64,000 bases of DNA from NCBI GenBank assembly GCA_965208105.1, contig OZ242318.1:672001-736000 (forward strand). Reading direction: 5' to 3'. The DNA is from Candidatus Latescibacterota bacterium. GTDB taxonomy: Bacteria; Latescibacterota; UBA2968; UBA8231. This document shows positions 48,919-57,883 of the stretch, one piece after another. Under the pieces are notes generated by a model. That model worked only from the letters and a program-made list of their open reading frames with translations. It made no database searches and was not told the DNA's origin. Numbering within the stretch: the first letter of the stretch is position 1; every line of letters begins with the position of its first letter. The position numbers and the translations under genes are program-made.

Positions 48919-49941
48919 ATGACCACGGCAACAGAAACCGGGCGCGGCACCAAGATTTCCTGGTACCGCACCCCCATATCCAGAGACCTGCTCAACGAGC
49001 TCAACCAGCGCAGCGACTGGCGCGGTCTGCTGCAGACCGTGGGCTTTCTGGGTGTGCTCACCCTTACCGGGGCGGTTGCCTGGTTCGCCTCGGTGCGCCT
49101 CTCCTGGCCCTGGTTCCTTCTCGCCCTGCTAGCCCACGGAACGGTTTACGGCTTCGTCATCAACGGCTTCCACGAGCTCTGCCACCGCACCGTATTCCGC
49201 ACGCGCTGGCTCAATGCCTTCTTCCTCAACATCTACAGCTTCATCGGCTGGTACAATCCCGTGCTCTTCTGGGCCAGCCACAGCGCCCATCACAAGTACA
49301 CTCTGCATCCCCCCGACGACCTCGAGGTGGTGCTGCCGACGAAGTTGAGGCTGAAGGACTATCTCAAGTTCGCCCTGGTGAACCCCTGGAGACTCGGGAC
49401 GACCATGAAAAGGGTCATCCGCCATTGCCGGGGACGGGTGGAGGAAGGGTGGAACACCTCTCTGTTCCCTCCCGATGACCGGGTTGGACGACGGCGGCTC
49501 TTCCGCTTCGACCGCTTCCTGCTGGTCGGCCACGCTGCTATTGCGGCGGTTTCGCTCTACAGCGGCCACTGGCAGCCCATCGTCCTGATCACCCTGGGCT
49601 CCTTCTACGGCGGCTGGCTGTTCTTCCTCTGCAACACCACCCAGCACATCGGCTTGAGCGACCAGGTAACCGACTTCCGCCTGTGCACCCGCACCATCCT
49701 GCTCGGCCCCTTCGTGGGCTTTCTCTACTGGCACATGCACTACCACATCGAGCACCACATGTACGCCGCGGTACCCTGCTACCGGCTCAAGCGCCTGCAC
49801 CAAGCCGTCGCCCACGACCTGCCGCCGTGCAGCCGCGGCCTGGTCGCCAACTGGCGGCAGATCATCGCCATTCTCAGGCGCCAGCGCTCCGATCCCGGCT
49901 ACCAGTTCGTTCCCGAGCTTCCTTCGCGCAATCCAGGCTGA
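48919..49941 (+). CDS. Fatty acid desaturase-like membrane diiron protein
   Basis: His boxes HELCH, HSAHH, YHIEHH; TM segments. Confidence 0.85.
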   Translation: MTTATETGRGTKISWYRTPISRDLLNELNQRSDWRGLLQTVGFLGVLTLTGAVAWFASVRLSWPWFLLALLAHGTVYGFVINGFHELCHRTVFRTRWLNAFFLNIYSFIGWYNPVLFWASHSAHHKYTLHPPDDLEVVLPTKLRLKDYLKFALVNPWRLGTTMKRVIRHCRGRVEEGWNTSLFPPDDRVGRRRLFRFDRFLLVGHAAIAAVSLYSGHWQPIVLITLGSFYGGWLFFLCNTTQHIGLSDQVTDFRLCTRTILLGPFVGFLYWHMHYHIEHHMYAAVPCYRLKRLHQAVAHDLPPCSRGLVANWRQIIAILRRQRSDPGYQFVPELPSRNPG

Positions 49942-49993
49942 CCCCGTCCCAGCCCGCGCAGCTCCTCCTCAGTTGCTCGGCCGATGCATCTAC

Positions 49994-50419
49994 TCACGCG
50001 GCGCTGCATCCCGCCCCCGCTGAGGACGCCTCGGCTACCACCGCAACCGCTTCGATCTCGATGAGCCACTCCGGGTCGATGAGCCGGGCAACCTGGACCA
50101 GGGTGCTGGCGGGATAGGGTTCGTTGAAGAACTCGCGGCGCACCTCGTGTATGGTCGCGACCTCGCTGACATCGGTCACCAGCACGGTGACCTTCACCAC
50201 GTCGTCCATGGTGGCGCCGGCGTGGGCCAGCACGGTGCGGATGTTCTCGAGCACCTGCCGGGTCTGGGCCTCCATGCTGTTTCCGCCGACGGTTTCGCCG
50301 TTCTCGTCCTGGGCCACGCAACCGGACACGTGCAGCACCCTGCCGGGGGGCTGCCATGCGGCGCTGGAAAACGCTCCGAAGGGCTTGACCACCCCCGGCG
50401 CGTTGAATGCGTCTGCCAT
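49994..50419 (-). CDS. RidA/YjgF family protein
   Basis: VSG, QTRQVLENI, PASTLVQV, IEIEAVA; Arg in EVRREFF. Confidence 0.9.
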   Translation of the reverse strand: MADAFNAPGVVKPFGAFSSAAWQPPGRVLHVSGCVAQDENGETVGGNSMEAQTRQVLENIRTVLAHAGATMDDVVKVTVLVTDVSEVATIHEVRREFFNEPYPASTLVQVARLIDPEWLIEIEAVAVVAEASSAGAGCSAA

Positions 50420-50505
50420 CTATCACTCCTCGGGAAGTTGACTGAGAGCTGCCCCGGTCGCGGGGTTGAGCGAGGTCACCGCGAACCCGGAAGGCTGCGC
50501 CCAGG

Positions 50506-51939
50506 TTATATGGGGGGATGCATGCGGTGCCAGCCGCTGGCCTGCTCGAAGGCGTGGCCCACCCGGCACAGCAGGGGCTCGGCCAGGTGGCGGGCGGCGA
50601 TCTGAAGACTCAGCGGCAGGCCTTCGCTGTGCATGCCGCAGGGCACCGACAGGGTGGGACCGCCGCTGAAGTTGAAAGGCGCCGTGAAGCGCTGCAGCCT
50701 GGAGTCGCGGTCCCGCGGCATGGGGCCGTAGAGTTCATCCGGGGTGACCGCATGGGGCAGGGCGGCCATGGTCGGGGAGACGAGCAGATCGACCTGGGCA
50801 AAGACCCGGCGCAGGTGGCCGGTGCACTCGGACCTGAGCTTGTCGGCCCTGGCGTACTGCGCCCCGGTGACCTTGGAGCCCATGTCGAGCCAGTCCCGGA
50901 ACCAGGGGCCGTAGTCCCCTCTCCGGGACGGATAGGTCTCCTCGTGGGCCGCCGCGGCCTCGGCCGAACAGAGAACGGGCCACGCCGGGGAATACTGGTC
51001 CATGTCGGGCAGCTGCACCTCCACCAGCTCGGCCCCGAGTTCCTCCAGAACCTCGATTGCCTGGAGAACGGCGACGGAGATTTCAGGGTCGATCCCATCT
51101 GTGGCGAAGCGGGCGTCGTACCCCATGCGGAGGCCGGCCATACCCTTGTCGACGTCGGCGAGCATGTCGGGAACGGGGTCCGGCAGGGAGGTGGGATCGT
51201 TGGGATCGAAGCCGGCGATGGCCTGCAGCACGAGTCCGGCATCGGCAGTGCTCCGGGTCATCGGCCCCACGTGGTCCAGGGATTCGGCCAGCGCGAGTAC
51301 GCCGTGGCGGCTCACCCTGCCCCAGGTGGGTTTGAGACCCGCCAGGCCGCAGCAGGCCGAAGGGTAGCGGATCGAGCCCCCCGTATCGCTCCCCAGCGAG
51401 CCGAAGCACAGGCCCGCCGCCGTCGCCACCCCCGAGCCGCTTGAGGAGGTCCCGGTCCAGCGGCTCGAGTTCCATGGATTGAGCGGAATGTCGAAGGCGG
51501 AGTGATACCCCCCCATGGCCCCTTCGGAGAGGTTGAGCTTGCCGAGGACCACGGCCCCGGCCGCCGCGAGTCTGGTCACCACGGTGGCGTCGAAGTCGGG
51601 CACGTGCCGCGCCAGCACCTCCGTGCCGCCCATGGTGCGCACTCCCCTGGTGAAGCACAGGTCCTTGACCGCTATGGGGACCCCGTGCAGGGGGCCGCGC
51701 CAGGAACCGGAGGCGATCTCGCGCTCGGCCGCGGCGGCGGCTGCCAGGGCGTGATCCGCCATGACCGTGGCATAGCTTTTGAGGCGTCCGTCCAGCTCCC
51801 CTATGCGCTGCAGCGAGGTCTCCGTCAGCTCAACCGGCGACAACTGTTTCTTCCGAATCAGCTCGGCGGCCTGCTGAATGGTCTTGTAGTGGAGCGGAGT
51901 TTCTTCCTTGCGCGAAGTCCGAACGGCAGCTTGGTCCAT
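50506..51939 (-). CDS. Amidase signature family protein
   Basis: GPLHGVPIAVKD, GTSSSGSG, LGSDTGGSIRYPS. Confidence 0.92.
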   Translation of the reverse strand: MDQAAVRTSRKEETPLHYKTIQQAAELIRKKQLSPVELTETSLQRIGELDGRLKSYATVMADHALAAAAAAEREIASGSWRGPLHGVPIAVKDLCFTRGVRTMGGTEVLARHVPDFDATVVTRLAAAGAVVLGKLNLSEGAMGGYHSAFDIPLNPWNSSRWTGTSSSGSGVATAAGLCFGSLGSDTGGSIRYPSACCGLAGLKPTWGRVSRHGVLALAESLDHVGPMTRSTADAGLVLQAIAGFDPNDPTSLPDPVPDMLADVDKGMAGLRMGYDARFATDGIDPEISVAVLQAIEVLEELGAELVEVQLPDMDQYSPAWPVLCSAEAAAAHEETYPSRRGDYGPWFRDWLDMGSKVTGAQYARADKLRSECTGHLRRVFAQVDLLVSPTMAALPHAVTPDELYGPMPRDRDSRLQRFTAPFNFSGGPTLSVPCGMHSEGLPLSLQIAARHLAEPLLCRVGHAFEQASGWHRMHPPI

Positions 51940-51942
51940 GGT

Positions 51943-53103
51943 TCAATCCCCTCCGCTCTTTTCCCGCTCCGCCCACTCCGCCTTCCTCCTCCGCATCTCG
52001 TCGTTCAGTTCGGGCTCGCTTCTGGGCGTCCGGGCATGCGGATCGATGATCCACTCCCCGTTCCCGTCTCTGAGAACGGGCTTCCGCTGCGGTGCGGGGA
52101 GAATGCCGAACGGTTCGTGCGGCTCGATCTGGTACCAGTAGGCAACCGAGGCCATCTCGTTGCGAAGATGGTTGCCGTGGCCGTGCTCGATGCTCACCCG
52201 GATCTCCTTTTCGAAGCGAATGGGATTTTCGAGGTGAAAGACATACGAGGTCTGGTAGCCCTCAAGCTGCTTCTCGCAGATGGACGAACCGTTGTGGCGG
52301 AAGGCGTTGGGCTGCATGCCCCAGGCCTGGTTCAGGTAGTCCTCGGATCCGGTGCCGTGAAGGTCCGGCGGCCATTTGTAGCCGTCCACCCAGATCATGT
52401 CGTCGCCTTCGCCCCACCAGGTGCCCTGAAAGTTGGTGACCGAGAGATTGCAGCCGATGTAGTGGCCTATGCCGCGGGCGTCGAGGATGGCGTAGTTGTT
52501 GTCCCAGGCGAGCCGCTCCTTGTTGACGATGTCGGCGTCAGGGGTGTTGACCCTGATTTCGTGGCCCCAGCCGTCGCAGGGGTTCTCGCGGCGGAACTGG
52601 GCGTGGAAATAGGCGATGTCCCGCTCCAGCCCCCGATCGTAGGTTTCGTAGTCGATGTAGAAGAATTGCCGGTGGGGTTCACCGCCCTCGTTGACCAGCT
52701 CGACTCGCGCAGACTTGTCGAACGGCATCTGGACGTAGCTGTTCAATGCGCAACCGGTGTTGAACTGGTTGTTGTGGTTGGTCGAGGCCGAGAACAGAAG
52801 CGAATCGTAGGAGTTGACGAGCTCGTGTCCAAGCCCGAAGAAATCACCCAGGGGACACAGCACGCTCGGATGTTCTTCGCCGTCCCAGAAGAACCGCAGC
52901 AGGACGTCGCGGTAACCATCGCTCTGGGTCATCCAGAGGTGGTTGATGCAGCCGCTGCCTTCGATCTCTCCGAGCACCCGGACCTCACCCGGTTCGATCA
53001 TCCAGGAGTCTGCATTCCGGCCCGTCCGGTCCCATGAAGAAATGCGCGCCGAACGCGCATTTTTCACCCGGGGCAGAGAGGATAGAAGTCCGTGCTCGAA
53101 CAT
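51943..53103 (-). CDS. DUF2961 / GH172 family glycoside hydrolase
   Basis: SSWDRTGRNAD, PLGDFFG, WWGEGDD, GTGSEDY, IEHGH, SVAYWYQ. Confidence 0.88.
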   Translation of the reverse strand: MFEHGLLSSLPRVKNARSARISSWDRTGRNADSWMIEPGEVRVLGEIEGSGCINHLWMTQSDGYRDVLLRFFWDGEEHPSVLCPLGDFFGLGHELVNSYDSLLFSASTNHNNQFNTGCALNSYVQMPFDKSARVELVNEGGEPHRQFFYIDYETYDRGLERDIAYFHAQFRRENPCDGWGHEIRVNTPDADIVNKERLAWDNNYAILDARGIGHYIGCNLSVTNFQGTWWGEGDDMIWVDGYKWPPDLHGTGSEDYLNQAWGMQPNAFRHNGSSICEKQLEGYQTSYVFHLENPIRFEKEIRVSIEHGHGNHLRNEMASVAYWYQIEPHEPFGILPAPQRKPVLRDGNGEWIIDPHARTPRSEPELNDEMRRRKAEWAEREKSGGD

Positions 53104-53131
53104 GCCGTTGAAGTCAGGGTCAACCGCCGCC

Positions 53132-53908
53132 CTAGTCCTTGAAGGACGGGTCCTCCTCCTCCATCAGCCGCATCAGCGCGTCGAACTCGAGCTGCCCGGT
53201 GTCGGAAGCGCAGCGCGCGAACTCCCGCATCTGGCGCGCCGAGCGCTCGATCGCATCCTGTGGCGGGTAGCGCAGCTGGCCGCAGGACATGGCGTCGAGC
53301 TGCACCCTGCAGGCGCTTTCGAGGCGGTAGAGGTAGAGGAAGGCCTCGGCCACGGTGCGGCCGACGCTCAGGAGGCCGTGGTTGCGCAGGATGAGGACGT
53401 CGGCCGCTCCCAGATCGCGAGCCAGCTTCTCGCGTTCCTCCAGCAGCAGGGTCGAGCCCTCGTAGTCGTGGTAGGCCAGGCAACCGTGAAAGCTCATCCC
53501 GTTCATGCTCACCGGCAGCAGGCCGCATTCCAGGGCGGCTATGGCCATGCCGGCGCGGGTGTGGGTGTGCATGATGCAATGGGCATTCTCCCGGTGCTGG
53601 TGAATGGCGCTGTGGATGACGAATCCGGCCGGGTTGAAGCCGTACTCGCTGGGCTCGACGAGGTCGCCTGCGAGGTCGATCTTGACCAGATTGGAAGCGG
53701 TGACCTCGTCGTAGCGCAAACCGTAGGGGTTGATCAGAAAGTGGTGCTCAGGGCCAGGCACCCGCAGGGAGATGTGGCCATAGATCAGCTCGCACCAGCC
53801 CAGGTGGTGGAAGATCCTGTAGGCGGCGGCGAGCTGGACCCGCAGGTCGCGCTCGTCGCCGAGGGTCGCACCGGTGTCGACGGATGGCAGCGGCAATGTC
53901 GAAGTCAT
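53132..53908 (-). CDS. Class II aldolase/adducin family protein
   Basis: LAAAYR, HISLR, FLINPYG, GFVIHSAIH, MHTHT, LRNHGL. Confidence 0.92.
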   Translation of the reverse strand: MTSTLPLPSVDTGATLGDERDLRVQLAAAYRIFHHLGWCELIYGHISLRVPGPEHHFLINPYGLRYDEVTASNLVKIDLAGDLVEPSEYGFNPAGFVIHSAIHQHRENAHCIMHTHTRAGMAIAALECGLLPVSMNGMSFHGCLAYHDYEGSTLLLEEREKLARDLGAADVLILRNHGLLSVGRTVAEAFLYLYRLESACRVQLDAMSCGQLRYPPQDAIERSARQMREFARCASDTGQLEFDALMRLMEEEDPSFKD

Positions 53909-54048
53909 GGTCCTTCCCTCCGGGAAAGTGTGCGGCTCACGGCGCCGGTGAAATCCCCTGGTCGCCCGGAAACCGGTTTCGAAGGTTGGCTCGGCACCAC
54001 TGCGATGCGGATCCGACCAGGGCGGCAGCGGCGCCCGCCGATTCTCTG

Positions 54049-54077
54049 AGTATAGCCCCCAGTAGGAGGCCTCGCAA
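54049..54077 (-). promoter_or_regulatory. Sigma70 promoter for the aldolase-GH172-amidase-RidA run
   Basis: Minus strand TTGCGA (54077-54072) - 17 nt - TATACT (54054-54049). Confidence 0.65.
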
Positions 54078-54242
54078 GATCGATCCCAGGGCGGGGCCTC
54101 CGGGTCCGGTAGCGCCAGGGGCCTTGCCGAAACATGGGCGTTGAACCGGAGAAGATCCCATTGTTGGCACAGTTTTCGAAGCGGTCGCGCCTGTCCCCTG
54201 CCCCTGCTTCAAGCGGGTCCCCAGCCTGTAGCATCCCCCGCA

Positions 54243-56405
54243 TCAGGACTCCGGCTCGACCAGGACCACCTCGTGCAGCTCGACCCGGGGAACCACGATC
54301 TCCTGGGGAGTGCCGGCAAGCGCCAGGTCCGATTCCTGCAGGGGAAGCCGGGCCCTCCTCCCCTGGAAGCCGGGCAGGCGGATGCGGATATCGTGGACCG
54401 GGACAATTTCCTGGGTGAAATAGTAGCGGTAGATCTCATCGCCGTCGATCTGCGGCGGGAAAGGAGGCGACGGGTTGTTGAGCAGGTGTATCATCAACTC
54501 CCCGGAGGGCCGGATGGCGGCGGTCAACTCTATGGCCGCCGGCGCCTCCACCTGGATGGGAGCCGGGGTCCGCCCGATCAGGCTGGCGAGAAAGCGCATC
54601 AGCGGCGGATAGGGCACTTCCACGTAGGCGCGGCCCACGTCGCCGCTGATGTAGCAGGCCGAGCCCTGGCCGAAGCGGTTCACCGTCACCGTCGGTTCGC
54701 CGGTGTCGTACTCCATCTTCGGATTGAACTCGGGAAGGACCTCCCCCTGCAGGCTGCTGCGGGTGCACAGGACCTCGACCTGGGCGTCGGACCGCACGCT
54801 TACGGTGGACTCGATGCCGGAAAAGGGCAGAAGGACGTATCCGGTTGCAGCGGCGAGCTCATCGTGGACGACATAGACCACCCCGTTCCCCGCCCCGGTC
54901 TGGTGCGGACCGGTGTGGTCGAGGCCGAAGACGTCGGCCAGGGCGAAGTTCCCGCGCCGCTGCCCGAGCTCGTCCATGGTGGAGGTCTGATGCGTGGCGA
55001 TCAAGGTGCCGCCGCGGTCCACGAACTCCCTGATGTTTTCTACCTGCCGGTCGGAGAGGCAGGCGCTGTTGGACAGCAGCAGCACCTCGTAGGATCCAAG
55101 GGTGTCGTCGGCGAGCTGCTTGTCGTGCAGGAAGTCCACCGGGACGTGGGAGCGCCCCAGCATGTCGTACATGCCGTATATGTCCCGGAGGGTATAGCCG
55201 CCTTCCTTGCCTATGTTCTTGTAGAGCTCCGCCGGGCGGAAGTCGCGGTTCCGGGTGGAATAGTGCAGGGCGAGGTATTTCACCGTCTCGCCGGCGATGT
55301 AGTCCCTGCGCTTTCGGGCTTCGGCGAACCCGAACCTGATCATGTCATCCTGGAGTATGGGAGAGGTGTAGTTGGAAAAGGCGCTGCCACCGTTGGCCAT
55401 GGCTCCGAGTATGTGCTGGGTGAACATCCAGCGCTCCGGGTAGGGCGCCAGGCCCGCGGCCACGCCGGGCATGCTCTGCTGCCCGTGCCGCAACAGGGAG
55501 TGGAAGGTCCCCTTGCCGCGGTTGATCTTGGCCACGTAGCCGGTGTCGCGGCTGGAGCGGCTCATCTCCGTGAATGCATAGGCGGGAATGTCCTCGAAGC
55601 CGAACATGTCGATGGGATGGCCGCGCACCCACGAGGTGTCGGGCCGGGTATAGTAGTTGAACTCGAGGATGCAGTCGGGATACGCCCGGCGAATGCGGCC
55701 GAGAATGTACTTCACCGACTCCCGGGTCTTTTCGTAGCGCCAGACGATCCAGCGGCGGAAGTCCATGGAGCCGAAATCCACCTCGCGCGGCATGCGCAGC
55801 CCGGTCTCGTCCCTGAGCAGCCTGGTGCACACCTCGCAGCAGCATCCGGGGTACTCCCTGCCGCCCTGGTGGGTGCCGATGTTGGTGTCGTCGAAGTAGA
55901 ACCCGTCCAGGTCCAGGTTGTCGAGCCATTCGATGAGGTAGTCGGCCACCCAGTCGCGGAAGGGGGAATTAAGGCAGAACCAGCCCTCGTTCTCGATGAA
56001 GGGGCGGTCGTCGTAGAGGAAGTGCATCAGCCACTCGGGATGCAGGGGAACGAGCGGTTTGCAGAAGATCAGGGGATAATAGGAGATGGCGATGATCCCC
56101 TTCTCATGCAGCGCCCTGATGTAGCTGGGCAGGCGGTCCTCGTCCACGTCGTCGCGGCAGGGCAGCATCCTGGAGCGGTAGCGCGGGGTGCCGCGGTCGA
56201 TCTCCCCGTTGAGGACGGTCGCCTCCAGTCCCACGTCGGCCGCCCACTCGGCGAACTCATCCACCGACAGTCCCTGGAACTCCTTTGTCGGCCGGGAACA
56301 GGCAGGATAGGCCTCGGTCTTGCACACCCGCAGTTCGTAGGGCATCTGGCGCAGCCGCTCCGCCGTCGATCCAACTCTCTGCACAGTGGTTGAGGAATTC
56401 CTCAT
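54243..56405 (-). CDS. GH42/GHL6-like protein with beta-galactosidase trimerisation domain
   Basis: TIM-barrel part (HPEW, FCLNSP, DGFYFD, GCCCEVC Zn-like motif); LLLSNSACLSD...REFVDRGGTLIAT; NRFGQG. Confidence 0.7.
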   Translation of the reverse strand: MRNSSTTVQRVGSTAERLRQMPYELRVCKTEAYPACSRPTKEFQGLSVDEFAEWAADVGLEATVLNGEIDRGTPRYRSRMLPCRDDVDEDRLPSYIRALHEKGIIAISYYPLIFCKPLVPLHPEWLMHFLYDDRPFIENEGWFCLNSPFRDWVADYLIEWLDNLDLDGFYFDDTNIGTHQGGREYPGCCCEVCTRLLRDETGLRMPREVDFGSMDFRRWIVWRYEKTRESVKYILGRIRRAYPDCILEFNYYTRPDTSWVRGHPIDMFGFEDIPAYAFTEMSRSSRDTGYVAKINRGKGTFHSLLRHGQQSMPGVAAGLAPYPERWMFTQHILGAMANGGSAFSNYTSPILQDDMIRFGFAEARKRRDYIAGETVKYLALHYSTRNRDFRPAELYKNIGKEGGYTLRDIYGMYDMLGRSHVPVDFLHDKQLADDTLGSYEVLLLSNSACLSDRQVENIREFVDRGGTLIATHQTSTMDELGQRRGNFALADVFGLDHTGPHQTGAGNGVVYVVHDELAAATGYVLLPFSGIESTVSVRSDAQVEVLCTRSSLQGEVLPEFNPKMEYDTGEPTVTVNRFGQGSACYISGDVGRAYVEVPYPPLMRFLASLIGRTPAPIQVEAPAAIELTAAIRPSGELMIHLLNNPSPPFPPQIDGDEIYRYYFTQEIVPVHDIRIRLPGFQGRRARLPLQESDLALAGTPQEIVVPRVELHEVVLVEPES

Positions 56406-56483
56406 GGCCTGCCTCCTCTCTAATTGCGCCCGGCGGCGGGGGACCGCATCCCCTCCCGGCCAGGGGCCCGCCGCTGCCCGGAC

Positions 56484-56622
56484 GTCCTGATGCTGAAAAA
56501 CAGCCGCCTGGATTGCGGTGCTCAGCTTGTCGGGGTGCTCTCCCAGCCAAAATACAGCCCCGCCTGGGGCCTGGCAAGATCATCACCTAGCAGCCCGGAT
56601 GGACTTTTCAACGGGCTGCTAG
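56484..56622. mobile_element. MITE-like / IS-end remnant
   Basis: Left GATGCTGAAAAA, right ACTTTTCAACGGGCTGCTAG; perfect 11-bp IR CTAGCAGCCCG (56587-56597) / CGGGCTGCTAG (56612-56622). Confidence 0.45.
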
Positions 56623-56774
56623 GCTCCTTTCATCAGCTTCATCGCCCCGACCGGGCTCCTGCGCTTCCGACTCCTTGCGCCGCATCCGCCTTGACCTGTC
56701 CGGGCGGGTTGGACTACCTTCCAGCCGTTGCGGGAAGGTTCGCAGATTACCCACACGAGGAGGTTGGCCGCAGC

Positions 56775-57662
56775 ATGTTCCGCAAAGTCGATGTCGCCGC
56801 GATTTCGTTCGTACCCGGGAAGTTCGATCTGGAAGGCAACGGAAATCGCCTGGAGGAGCTGTTCCGCAGGGCCGCGGCCGGTGGCGCCGAGCTCGCCGTG
56901 GCTCCGGAGGGAGCCCTGGAGGGTTACGTGGTGAATGAGCTGGTCTCGGGGGACGAGCCGCCGCAGCGCATGAACGAGGTGGCGGTGACCATGCGCGGCG
57001 CGGTGATCGGGCGCTTCCGCGATCTTGCCCGCGAGCTCGGCATGTGCCTGGCCTTCGGCTGCGCCGAAAAGATCGGCAGGGGGGTGTTCAACTGCGCCGT
57101 GTTCATCGACCGGACCGGGCGCCTCTGCGGCCGCTATCACAAGATGCAGCTGGCCGAGGGCTCCCACCGCTCCTGGTGGTACAACCGGCTGGGGCGCAGG
57201 AGCCGGGCGATCGACACGCCCCTGGGGCGTTGCGGCTTTCTCATCTGCAACGACCGCTGGAATCCGGACCTGGCGCGCATCCCCGTCCTGGACGGCGCCA
57301 GGCTCCTCCTCATCCCTTCCTACGGGGACTGCTCGAAGAATCAGGACCGGGCAGTGCTCGCCCGCGCCCGCGAGAACGGCGTGCCAGTGGTGGAAGCCAA
57401 CGTGGGGGTGACACTCGCCGTCAGCAAGGGTGAAATCGTCGCCGTATCGCGCCGGAAGACGGAAGTTCTCCTGGCCACCATAGAGATTCCGGAGGCGCCT
57501 GCGAGGCGCAATCGCGACGCCGTGGAGAAGCGTTTTCTGGCCTGGCGCAAGAAGGAGATGCCCATTCGCTATCGCCGGCGAATGGAAGAGAAGGGCGCCA
57601 TGAGCTCCACCCGGGTCCTGCACGATTCCCGCGGAAGGCTGGTGGGCGAAGGCCAGAAGTGA
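56775..57662 (+). CDS. Carbon-nitrogen hydrolase (nitrilase superfamily)
   Basis: VAPEG, YHKMQL, FLICND triad; GAGGAGG RBS. Confidence 0.88.
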   Translation: MFRKVDVAAISFVPGKFDLEGNGNRLEELFRRAAAGGAELAVAPEGALEGYVVNELVSGDEPPQRMNEVAVTMRGAVIGRFRDLARELGMCLAFGCAEKIGRGVFNCAVFIDRTGRLCGRYHKMQLAEGSHRSWWYNRLGRRSRAIDTPLGRCGFLICNDRWNPDLARIPVLDGARLLLIPSYGDCSKNQDRAVLARARENGVPVVEANVGVTLAVSKGEIVAVSRRKTEVLLATIEIPEAPARRNRDAVEKRFLAWRKKEMPIRYRRRMEEKGAMSSTRVLHDSRGRLVGEGQK

Positions 57663-57716
57663 GGGGACGGCGCAACCGGGTCAAGGACCGGAACTCAACG
57701 CCGACTTCGGAGCGCC

Positions 57717-57883
57717 CTAGTGCCTGCTTGCGTAATTAAGCGTACGAACGAGGGCGCAGAAGCGCCCGGCTCGCAAGGCGCCTTAGCGAGTCGTACCAGT
57801 AGTGTACGGCGAGTGAAGGCAACGCCGTGGGTCGGGATGGATCGGTGGAAAAATGGCGACATATTTCTGCGAAGGGACACTAG
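57717..57883. mobile_element. CTAG-bounded MITE-like element (167 bp)
   Basis: Imperfect terminal IRs CTAGTGCCTGCTTGCGTAATTA / TATTTCTGCGAAGGGACACTAG; internal CGTAC-N7-GTACG hairpin. Confidence 0.6.

Noticed and set aside
54165-54180. Sigma54-like TGGCAC-N5-TCGA
   Set aside because: The -12 element deviates from TTGC and it points toward the 3' end of an opposite-strand gene
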